64,000 nt of DNA. Origin: Thecamonas trahens ATCC 50062. Its lineage: Eukaryota > Protista > Apusomonadida. A program made the position numbers and the translations under genes. The notes under the pieces were generated by a model, which saw nothing but the letters and a program-made list of their open reading frames with translations, did not search any database and was not told the origin of the DNA. The DNA lies in the NCBI RefSeq assembly GCF_000142905.1, contig NW_013657625.1, forward strand, positions 159,690-223,689, read 5' to 3'. Positions 10,602-20,884 of the stretch are shown here, in pieces (positions within the stretch are counted from its first letter, which is position 1; every line of letters begins with the position of its first letter).

Positions 10602-10902
10602 CGGGTGGGCTAACCAGGCTGTAAACGGCACGATTGTTGACGTCGAGGTGCGTCGACGATGCGAGGCAGTCTGCGGGCGCTGATGCCTTGTGAGTAAAGG
10701 CTAGTCATGGCACGTTGGCTGCAGGAGAGGCGGGCTTGCAGCTGCGGGCTCGCTGCGCGTTTGTTGCGTTGCCAGACGATGGCGGGCAGAGGGCGGGTCT
10801 TCACGAAGACTGGGCAAACACCGGCAGGCCGGCCACCGGAGGGGGCCGAGACGACGCGGCGGCGTACACGGGACGACTCAACTAATCAAGTACGACGAGA
10901 GC

Positions 10903-12604
10903 ATGACTGGAAGAGTAGCAGCGGCGCAGGTTTGGCAAACGGTGTGGCTGAGTTTGGTGGTAGCTGCGGTGGTGGCGTCGGCAGTGGTCGGGACCGCGCA
11001 GGCGCGGCTGCCACAGGCCCAGCGGTGCTCCGGGTGCGAGGTGGTGGCCGGAGCGCTGGCTGGCTGGCTGTTTGACGATCCGCCAGCGACGACGATCGAG
11101 GTCGGCAGCGCGCTCAACGATCCGACGTCGTACTCCAAGGTGGCGTATGCCTCGTCGGAGCTGCGGGTGATGGAGGCGGTGGAGGGGGTGTGCGGCGCGG
11201 TCCATCGCGGCTCGGTGGCTGTGGTGTGGACGTACAACCGGGCTGAGCTCACCAACCGGACGACGCTGTCGGCGGAGGCCAACTCGACGTCGGCGCTACC
11301 TGGAGTGCCAAACGTGGCCAAGGCTCTCCGCGACGAGTGCCATATCATGGTCGATGCCCACGAGGATGCGATTGTGCAGGCGTTCTACGCCCACTACGAT
11401 TCTTGGATCGAGGCCCGCGACGATGCGGTCCGCGCTGTGTGCGGCGCCGACCTTGTGGGCGCCTGCGACTACTCGGACGCAGCGGCGGCGGCTCGCGCCG
11501 AGGCTGATGCCGCCGCCGNNNNNNNNNNNNNNNNNNNNNNNNNNNNNNNNNNNNNNNNNNNNNNNNNNNNNNNNNNNNNNNNNNNNNNNNNNNNNNNNNN
11601 NNNNNNNNNNNNNNNNNNCGCGAGGCCGCAGCCGCAGCCAAGCGCGCTTCCCAGCGCGCGCGCAAGGCCGAGGTCGCCGCCGCCGCAGCCAAGGCCGACG
11701 TCGACGCGGCGAGTACAGCGGCGTCTTTGGCTGTGGAAATGGCGGCGGAAAGACAGGCGGCTGTGACGGCACTCAAGGCAGAGCTGGCGGGAGCGCTCGG
11801 GACCGAGGTGACGGATGAGCTAGCGGCCGCGCTGCGCAGCAGCGGCGCCGAACCCGAAGCTGCTGACAATGATGATGGGATCGAAGCTGGACTTGCCCCC
11901 CTGCGCCGATCCATGACCTGGTGCCGGGCCTCGACGAGTTGCCCGAGGTTGTGCGTGCCAAGGCCGAAGAGCAGGTGCAGAGCCTCACGGCGTCGAAAGA
12001 GGCGCTTGGGGAGGCGCGCAAGGCGGCGGCAGACAAGGTCGACGCTCTTGGCGACGTTCGAAGCAGCCTGGCGGAGCTCGAAAGTGCATTGGCCAAGCTG
12101 AACAAGCAAGTGGCGAGCCTCAGCGCGCGCGCAGAGCGCAAGGAGGTGCAGGCGCGCAAGATCAGGCGCGAGGCCGTCAAGCTCCGCAAGGAGGCCGACG
12201 CCAAGGCAGCCGAGCTGGCAGAAGCAAGTGCCGCAAAGGACGAAGCCGCCGGCGAGCTGGTCACGCTCGAGGCATCTGAACAAGCTGCGCAGGATGCGGT
12301 GCACCAGCTTGAGGGTGATGTGGCGGCGGCAGCAGCGCGGTTGCGGGAGCTTCGGATGTCGCCGGAGGACAAGCTCGCTCGCCAGCTTGCGGCTGCGCTA
12401 GCCGAGCTGGATGCCGCCGAGACTGCACGCGAGACTGCCAAGGAGGCCGCCGAGACTGCGAATGCCGATCGCGCTGCCGCTGAGCGCAAGCTCGAGGCAG
12501 CGACCGAGGCAGCCGCCGCCGCCGAGGCCGCCGCCGCGGCGGCCAAGGAGGCAGCCGAGGAGGCAGCCGCTGCGGTTGCAGCCGCATCGTCGTCGTGGTG
12601 GTAG
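10903..12604 (+). CDS. Secreted Canopy/saposin-like (DUF3456-type) protein with long Ala/Glu/Lys coiled-coil tail; spans an N-gap and a -1 frame break
   Basis: Signal peptide, CSGC, YASSELRVMEAVEGVC, LRDECHIMV, VC...AC. The coiled coil continues after gap 11519-11618 and switches frame near the C6 run at 11896-11901. Ends SSWW*. Confidence 0.6.
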
Positions 12605-12695
12605 GGCGCGAGGGGATCAAGTGATAAAGGGGAGGAGGGAGGCTGGAGTCCGGCAACGGTTGTCTTGGCGCGGAAGGGCGGTTGTCGCGGTGAGG

Positions 12696-14644
12696 ATGCC
12701 GGCCAAGGGGGGGAAGAAGAAGAAGACTGATGGACTCAAGGCTGCCAAGGCTCGGGCTGAGGAGGCCGAGCGGACGCTGCGCCTGCTGCGTCATGAGTAC
12801 GTGGTTTGAGTGTGTCGGGTGGGGGCGGGGAGAGGAGGAGGGGGGAGGAGGGAGGGGGGAGGGGGGGGGGGGGGGGGGGGAAGACTCACCATGGGCGTGG
12901 CTGTGGGCGTGGAAACGGTACGCGTGGTGTGGGGGGTACGGAACGTGGGCTGGGGTTATGTGGGCCGGTGTGGTCGTGGATGGGGGGTGTGGGTGGGTGC
13001 AGGCTGGCGACGGCAACGGCGGCGGTGACGGCGCATGCCGAGACCAAGGCCGACCTGGTGGCGGAGAACCAGGTGCTAAGTGATCGGATCGAGACACTGG
13101 AGCGGGAGCATGACGTGGTGGTGGCACGGTTGCAGGGCGTCAACTCTGAGCAGGAGAAGCAGATCAAGAGTTTGAACAAGCAGCTGAGGCAGATGCACGA
13201 CAAGTCATCTGCAGAAAAGCTCGAGCTGGCGGACAAGTACGAGGTGCGGATCCGGCAGCTCAACGGCGAGCTCGCCGACGCGCACAAGGAGATTGAGGAG
13301 CGGAACGAGGAGCGGGCTGCGATCGACAAGTGGCGCAAGCTGCGCGACAAGATGGCCAACGACCTCGTCCACCTCAAGGCCGATGTGGAGGACCGCGACA
13401 AGCGGCACAAGGAAGATCTGCTTGACATGCGACGCCAGCAGCAGCTGGAAAAGCGGTATTGGAACCTGGAGAAAGACAAGGAGATTGCGCAGATTCGCGA
13501 AGACGCGGCGCGCCGGGCAGAGGACGACATGGATGACAAGATCAAGCACATCATTGCTCTCAACGCTGAGCTTCAGCGCTCGCGAGCGCTGCAGGAGAAG
13601 AAAGCAGCCGAGTTGGCGCGCAAAAACGAGATCTATGTGCGGAAGAACAAGGAGCTGCTCCGCGACAAGGAGTTGCACATGCAGATGCACGAGCAGTCTG
13701 CGCGCAAGGCGCAACGGATGGCAAAACGCATCGCCGAGGCCGACGCCAAGATCCTCTCGCTCGAGCACGCGCTCACCGCTGTTGTCCATGAGTTTGATGA
13801 GGAGCGTGAGCGGTTGTTGCAGCAGACAGCCATCGAGCTGGAGGACACGCAGCTCGACGCCGAGGGCCTGCGCAAGCTGCTGGCGCTGAAGAACAAGGAA
13901 CTAGCGCACATTCGTGCGCTCGCGCGGCGGGTCCTCAACCAGCGGACCGAGCTCGAGCAGTTCCTACTCGACTCACTCGAGTATGTCAAGGGTCAAATCA
14001 CCGCTCGTGCCGCAAAGGCCGAGCTCGCTGACAAGGCTGCGTACGAGGCGCAACTCCGTGACGCCGCCGCCGGCCTTGCGCCGTACCCGCCGATCCGACC
14101 GGCCGGCGCCGCAGACCCCGCGCGCGCCGTTGTCCGCAAACTGACTAGCCTGCGGACGACAGCGCGGGCAGCACCGGTGTCGGAATCCAGTCGGGCGGCG
14201 GCCAACCCGCCGCCGTCGACTCCCGACTCGCGGTACCGCGAGCCGGGCACGTTCCTGACCCAGCTCGTCGAGTCCGAGTCCGAGTCGTCAGCCGACGAGC
14301 ACGATGTGCTTGGCGGGCGGGCAAGAGTCGTTGACTCTGCGTTTGCAGTCGACATCCGTGCGCTGAGTTGGGACGAGCGTGAGGCTGTGCTCCGCCTCCT
14401 CATTGCCAAACTCAACGGCGTCAACGTCGACGCACCGCCGGGCGTGGCATCGCAGGCGTCGCCGGTCAGCGTGGCGCCGGCCGGCCGCAGTTCGCCATCA
14501 CGGCCGACGCCCACACCGTTGGGTGGGTATCGCGCGGCCAAGACGCGGGTGCTCTCTGGCGGGGCCTCGCAGCGTGTGCGTGCCACATCACCGCTCGTGG
14601 CCACGGCTGCGTCGCCGCAGCCGTTGCGCAAACGACGGGCGTGA
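12696..14644 (+). CDS. BBOF1: Basal body orientation factor 1 (CCDC176); exons 12696-12796 and 13003-14644
   Basis: MPAKGGKKKK start; intron GTACGT...TGCAG (12797-13002) keeps frame; motifs LARRVLNQRTELEQFLLDSLEYVK and VDIRALSWDEREAVLRLLIAKLNG. Confidence 0.85.
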
Positions 14645-14929
14645 ACGAACCCTGTTTGCAGTGTTGCGCTGCGTTAGGGCAGTGCAAGACCGGTAGATAT
14701 TAGCGTGGTTGACCGTGTAGTGAAGAGCTTTTGCGTCCTTGGCTGATGCGCGTGCTGTGGATGTGCGTAAGGTGGCGATCGCGAGTGCGAGGTTGTCGAC
14801 ACCCTCAGTTTGAGGACGGCTGAGTTAATGACGAGTCTCAGAGCGCTCCTGGGTGCCTGTGTGGTCAGAGCCTCTGACCGCAGAGCTCTGAGAGCTCCTA
14901 GAGCGGCGAGTACCAGAGATTGTTGAAGT

Positions 14930-15110
14930 TCCAAAGTTGTGCTACTATTTGAATATATATTTATATAGAATTGTAATTGTAATAGTATGTTTATATTGTA
15001 TTTGTGAGGGTTTTTGATTTTGATGTAAAGTTTTGTTAGCAAATTATATAATTGTGTTATTTTTGCACTTTTGGGTCCCAATTGTAGTGATTTCTTGCCA
15101 AATGGGGACA
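14930..15110. other. AT-rich island in a GC-rich genome
   Basis: Stretch such as gaatatatatttatatagaattgtaattgtaatagtatgtttatattg in the BBOF1-cathepsin intergenic region. Confidence 0.8.
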
Positions 15111-15365
15111 ACGCCGGAAATAGTGGGGGGTTTCGCCTCTCATCCATGCTCTACGTCACTCACGTCGCTGCCTTACATAGCAATAGCTTTGCTACAACAT
15201 AAGCTACGCGTCTAGCTCCATGATGTTGATGCAGCTTGTCTAGATCTTGAGAAAGGCGCAATTTTCCCCGTAACCAGCCATAACTGCAGTCACACTGCTG
15301 CCAACCACGCGAGTCACGCGCTCGCGCTCACGTCAACCAGTCACAGTTCTCTCCCTTCGACAACC

Positions 15366-16589
15366 ATGAAGATCACCCTCCTCGCACTCGTGGCACTCGC
15401 TGCCATCGCCTCTGCCCACTCGGTCCAGCTCGTCAACGAGTTTGAGGCCTGGAAGGCCCAGCACGGCAAGATGTACGCGTCGCTTGACGAACACAACGCC
15501 CGCCTCTCCATCTTTGCCGACAACAAGCTTCGCGCCGCGGCCCTCAACGCGCGCTCCCAGACCGCCACCTTTGGCATGAACGCCTTTGCCGACCTCTCGC
15601 CTGAGGAGTTCAAGGCCTCGGTACGCCCCCCCCCCCCCCCNNNNNNNNNNNNNNNNNNNNNNNNNNNNNNNNNNNNNNNNNNNNNNNNNNNNNNNNNNNN
15701 NNNNNNNNNNNNNNNNNNNNNNNNNNNNNNNNNNNNNNNNCCCCCCCCCCCCCGCACCCTGGGTCTCTCCCTCTTTTCCGCCACTCACACCACCCCCCCC
15801 CTCATTTTGTAGTTCCTCTCGTCGTCGCCGGCCACCCTCCCGTCGGACTACACCCTCGATGCGCCCGCGGGCAACAAGGACATCCCGTCGTCGTACGACT
15901 GGCGGACGCACACGCCGCCTGTGGTCAACCCGGTCAAGAACCAGGGCCAGTGCGGTTCGTGCTGGGCATTCTCTGCGGTTTCGGCCATCGAGTCGGCCTG
16001 GGCCCTCGCCGGCAACCCGCTTGTCTCGCTCTCGGAGCAGAACATCATCGACTGCACCCTCAACAACGAGGCGTACTGCATCAAGTACCACGGCCAGAAG
16101 TCGTGCCCCGCCGGCTGCAACGGCGGCCTCCAGCCGGAGGCCTACCTCTACGTCATGGCCAACCATGGCATCGACACCGAGTCGTCGTACCCGTACCAGG
16201 CCGTTGACGGCACCTGCGAGTTCAAGTCGTCGTCGGTTGGCGCCACTGTCTCCAACTGGACCTTTGTCTCGACCTATGAGGCTCCCAACGAGGAGGCCGT
16301 CGCTGAGGCTCTCGTCGAGCACGGCCCGCTCGCCATCGCCGCTGACGCCTCCGAGTGGCAGCTGTACATGGGCGGCGTGTTTGACCTGCCGTGCGGCCAT
16401 TCGCTCGACCACGGCATTGTCATCGTTGGCTACGGCTCGAAGAAGACCATCCTCGGCAAGGAGCACCCGATCTGGATCATCCGCAACTCGTGGGGTGCCT
16501 CGTGGGGTGAGAAGGGCTACATGTACCTCCAGCGTGGTGACAACAAGTGCGGCGTCGCCGACTACGTCACCCGCCCCATCATCCACTAA
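15366..16589 (+). CDS. Papain-family (C1A) cysteine protease; exons 15366-15620 and 15813-16589
   Basis: Signal peptide, I29 prodomain (FGMNAFADLSPEEF), YDWR, QGQCGSCWAFS (Cys), LDHGIVIVGYG (His), IRNSWG (Asn). Phase-0 intron GTACG...TTGTAG with poly-C and an N-gap. Confidence 0.95.
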
Positions 16590-16712
16590 GCTCCTGCTCA
16601 TCTGCCTCTGGCTTGCTGGTAAATTTTCTTTCATGCCCTTGCCTGGGTATCTCTCTGTCACAAGTAGCCAGCGGAAGGAAAAACGGCGCGGGCCAACTGC
16701 TGGCGCGACGGA

Positions 16713-19700
16713 CTACCACTCGTCGTCGAGGCTTGCCGCAAACGTCGCCATTTGCAGCGCCGTGAGCGCCAGCGATGGGCCTGAGCAGTGATCCGACGTA
16801 GGGTCGCACCGCTCGATCGCCTGGTCCACATCATACACGTTGAGCACGCCGTTGACAATCGGAACGCCAATCTTGGCCTGCAGCGCCACCAGCCCGTCGA
16901 CCACCGCCGACGAGACGTATTCAAAGTGCGCCGTTGCGCCCTTGATGAGAATGCCGACTGCAATGACCACGTCCGGCGCGTACTTGGCTGCCGCCGCCTC
17001 CACTCCATACAGCAGCTCATACGAGCCGGGCACCACCACCTGCTTGATCTGCGCCCCCACATCCACTCCGTACTGCTCGGCCATCACCCGCGCAATCTCG
17101 TCGACAAGCGCGGAAATGACCGGCGCGTGCCACGCCGCACGCACAACGAGGATTCGCGGCCGCGCAGCCACCACAGCCTCGCGCGTCAACTTGGGCAACG
17201 CCACCGCAGAGAGGAGCGACTTGCGGTAGCCGCCGATGCCCTCTTCCGCGCTAGGCGCTCCGCCAGTCGCTTCGTCGCTCGCGCTCGCGCACCCGTTCTC
17301 GCTTCCGGTAGCGTTGTCGTTGGCCGGTCCACTCCCCTTGCCGCTGTCAGCAACTGCTCCGGAGCCGTTGCCACTCCGAACTGCTGCCACGACTTTGGCA
17401 AGCTTGGCATCGTCATGACGCACAGCCTTGGCCGCAAGGTACTCGACGTTGCGCGGCGAGACGCCCGTGACCAGCGCCCGCGACTCGGCAAGGAGCCCGG
17501 CGTCGAGCAGCACCTTTTTCTTGGCGGGATTCGACGAGAGAAGGACAACCGAGTCGACGTTGAGGGCGGCGAGCAGGTTCGGGCACTCGTCAAATGACCG
17601 CGCGTCCTCGGCGTGGCCGACGGCCACGTTGGCCGCGTACGTGTCGAGGCCTGGCGTCTCGCGCATCGCACGGTACGCCTTGACCTTGTCAAACAGCCCG
17701 ATGCCGCGCCCCTCGTGGCCAGCTGGCAGAATGATGACTCCGCGCCCGGCCGCCGACAGCACGTCAAGCGCCCGCTTCAGCTGCGCGCCGCAGTCGCAGT
17801 GCGCCGAGCCGAGCACATCGCCGGTAAAGCACTCCGAGTGGATGCGGACCAGCGTAGGTTTGCGCCCACGCGGCAGCGGCGCGCTTGGATCGTCGCCCTC
17901 CACCCCGCGGACAAGAACTCGCGTGCCGCTCTGATAGACCCGGAGGACCCACGTCCCGTGCGGCGCTGCAAGATCGAGGAAGCACGCCGAGAACTCGCTC
18001 TCGTTGCCGCCACCCTCCTCCCGCTCGGCCACCACTGGCGGCGAGTCGAGCGCAAACGGGAGCGAGTGCGCAAGCATGTACTCGCGAATGTGCGCTACTG
18101 TTGTAAAAGCGAGACCATGCTTGGCTGCCACCGCCGCACACTGCGGCCGCCGCGCCATCCCACCCTGCGGATCGGCCTTGTCCACAATCTCTGAGAGCAG
18201 CGCCACAGGCGCAAGCCCGGCCAGTTGCGCCAGCGTCACCCCGGCCTCGGTGTGTCCGAGCCGGACCCCAAGCCCGCCAGGCCGCGCAATGAGCGGAAAG
18301 ATGTGGCCCGGACGCCGGAGCTCGCTCTTGTTCCCGCAAGCCACCAGTCGCGCCGTCCGCGCCCGCTCGCTTGCCGGAGCGCCGGTTGTTGCGTCCCACG
18401 CATCGACCGTGATGGTGAACGCCGTCCCATGCGGATCCGACGCCGATGACGGCGGCACCATCAACGGCAGCTCGAGCTCGGCCGCCCGCGAAGCAGACAT
18501 CGGCGTGCACAAAATGCCAGTGGTGTGCTCCAGGAAAAGCACCACAGCCTCGGGTGTCGCTTTTTCCGCAGCCACAATGAGGTCGCCTTCGTTCTCGCGA
18601 TCGGTGTCGTCCATGACCACCACCACCTCGCCGGCACGAAACCGCTCAATGACCTCGCCCACGGGCGTGAACGGCAGCTCGTCGTCATCCTCCGCAACAG
18701 CACTTGCCTCGAGCCCGGCACTGGTCGGCGCGTTGGGCTTGAAAACGCTCTCCCTCGCCCACTTCTCAAACACGTTCGACTCATCGAGCACCGCGGTCTC
18801 GGCCAGCTGCAACCGTGGCGCGTCGGCCATCGACCCACCAGCACCGACACTACCGCTAGTGCCCGCCCATGGCTTGCCGCCAGCCAGCACCGTGTTGCCG
18901 CGGTAGACGTGGATCTCGTCAAAGATGCCCGACGCCACAAACTGCGCATGGAGCGTCGCACCACCCTCGATCATGATTTGGAGCAGGCCGGCGCGACCAA
19001 GCCATGCGAGGACTGCGCCGAGATCGACGCCGACACCGTTTCCGCTCCGCGGGACAACCACCGCACGCACACCGTCGACCGAGTCCGAGACCAGGCCAGC
19101 TGCAACCGCTGCAGCCACCTTGTCGCTGGAAGCAGTAAAGACAACCGTCGGCGCGAGGCTCGTCTCAAAGACATGCAGCTCGCTGCCGGCCATCGCCGCA
19201 TCAAGCACCCGTCCGCGGCCATCAAGCACTACACGCAACGGCTGCCGGGCGCTCGATGGATACAGCGGATTGAGGTGCCGCCCGAGAGCGGACGCCTTGG
19301 GGTAGCTCCGCACCGTCAGCCGCGGGTTGTCCGCTAGCACGGTGCTCGAGCCGACCACCACAGCCTGCGACGCGGCCCGGAGGCCGTGCGCATGGTGCCG
19401 CGCTGCCTCGGAAGTAATCCACTGCGACGAGCCGTCGGCGGCGGCAATGCATCCATCAATCGAGACGGCCGTCTTGAGCACCGCATACGGCCGCCCACTC
19501 CGCCGATGATGCAAGTACGCTGCAAGCGAAGCCTCGACTAGCTCCGCACCGACACCCGTCACCACCTCGATGCCAACGTCAAGCAGCACCTGCCGCCCTT
19601 GCCCATCCGTCTGGCCATCCGGATCAACCACCCCGATAACAACCCGCGCCACCCGCGCCGCTATCAGCAGCGCGTCGCACGGCGGCGTCCGTCCGTGGTT

Positions 19701-20884
19701 GTGGCACGGCTCAAGTGTGGTGTACACCGTGGCGCCGACAAGCTCGTTCGCTCGGCCTTCGCGCCGGGCACGCTCGATCGCATCCCGCTCAGCATGCGCA
19801 AGACCAGCAGCCTTGTGCACGCCCTCGGCAACCACCGTCACTCCATCGCTGGCAACAATGACGCATCCAACATGCGGGTTCGAAGCGGCAGTAAACTTGG
19901 CAGTCTCGCCAACGGCCACAGCTCGCGCCATAAAGAACGCGTCGCGTGCAGCAACATCGCTCGGAATCGCACCCAGTCGCGCCACGTCGGCGGCAGTCGC
20001 ACCCGTATCCTCAGGCTGCCAGTGGCGCGAGACCGCATCGGCTTCGATGTTGAGCAGCGCGCCACGGCGGCGGGTCGTCTCGCCGAGCGTCGTCGCCTCG
20101 AGCGTCGCCGGAATGAGCGAGACTCGGAAAAAGTCTCGGCAGCCGCCAGGATCTCCTCAGCGGCGGGACAGGTGCCCGGAGCGACACCAGCAGCCGACGT
20201 TGGCGGCTTGGCGGCGACTTCGGCAACCGTAAGCGAGACACCGTCCAGAGTCACCGAGCCCTTGTACACGATCGACGATGCGGTGGGCAGCATGCGCGGA
20301 ACCGCGAGCCACACATTGCGCGAGCCGTCGCCTGGCTCCTCCACAGCGGCCACAGCCACCATGCCATGAACGTGCCCCGAGACAACGTGCCCTCCAAGCT
20401 CGGCGCCATGACGCAGAGCACGCTCAATGTTGACGCCGACAACATCAGACGCCGCATCGGCCGTCGGCTTCCAGCCAGCAAGCGCACCAAAGGTGGTGAT
20501 CGCCCGCGACTCGGCCATAACAAAGAAGGTGACGACGACGGGCGCCGGCCCGCAGCTCGCCGGGAGCTTGTCGGCCACCGAGCCCGGAAGCTCACTCGCC
20601 GGAGTCGCCAGAGGCAACGACGTCGCAGTAAGACAGACCCCGTTGACCGCAACCGAGTCGCCAAGCTGAATGCCGTCCCAGAACCCGCCATCGCCGTCCC
20701 CAACTGCGGGACACGGCGACGTGGCGGAAGCAGGCGGGCGCGAGCGGGCCGACAGGCCGTCAGCCGCCACCACAGAAAGGACCCATCCACCAGTTGTTCC
20801 CTGTGCCCACGACGGACCAGTTCCCGCAGACGCTTCCGTAAACCATCCGTAGCCCTTGGATCGGATAATGCCTGTAAACACCAT
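16713..20884 (-). CDS. ribE-ribD-ribBA-ribH: Multifunctional riboflavin biosynthesis fusion: riboflavin synthase - RibD (deaminase/reductase) - RibB - RibA - lumazine synthase, ~1390 aa with one -1 frame break at ~20128-20157
   Basis: Riboflavin synthase: VFTGII, GDSVAVNGVCLT, GGHVVSGHV, KGSVTLDGVSLT, then in the -1 frame FRVSLIPATLEATTLG...LNIEAD. This runs without a stop into RibD (HAE, LEPCHNHGRTPPC, SQWITS, IEGG), RibB (DDTDRENEGD, RRPGH, GHTE), RibA (RIHSECFTGDVLGSAHCDC, EGRGIG) and RibH (VPGSYEL, IKGATAHFEY). Confidence 0.88.

Noticed and set aside
19838-20127. Arg-rich C-terminus of ORF 19838-20971 as the real end of a stand-alone riboflavin synthase
   Set aside because: It is out-of-frame read-through. 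The conserved synthase motifs are in the -1 frame, continuous with RibD.
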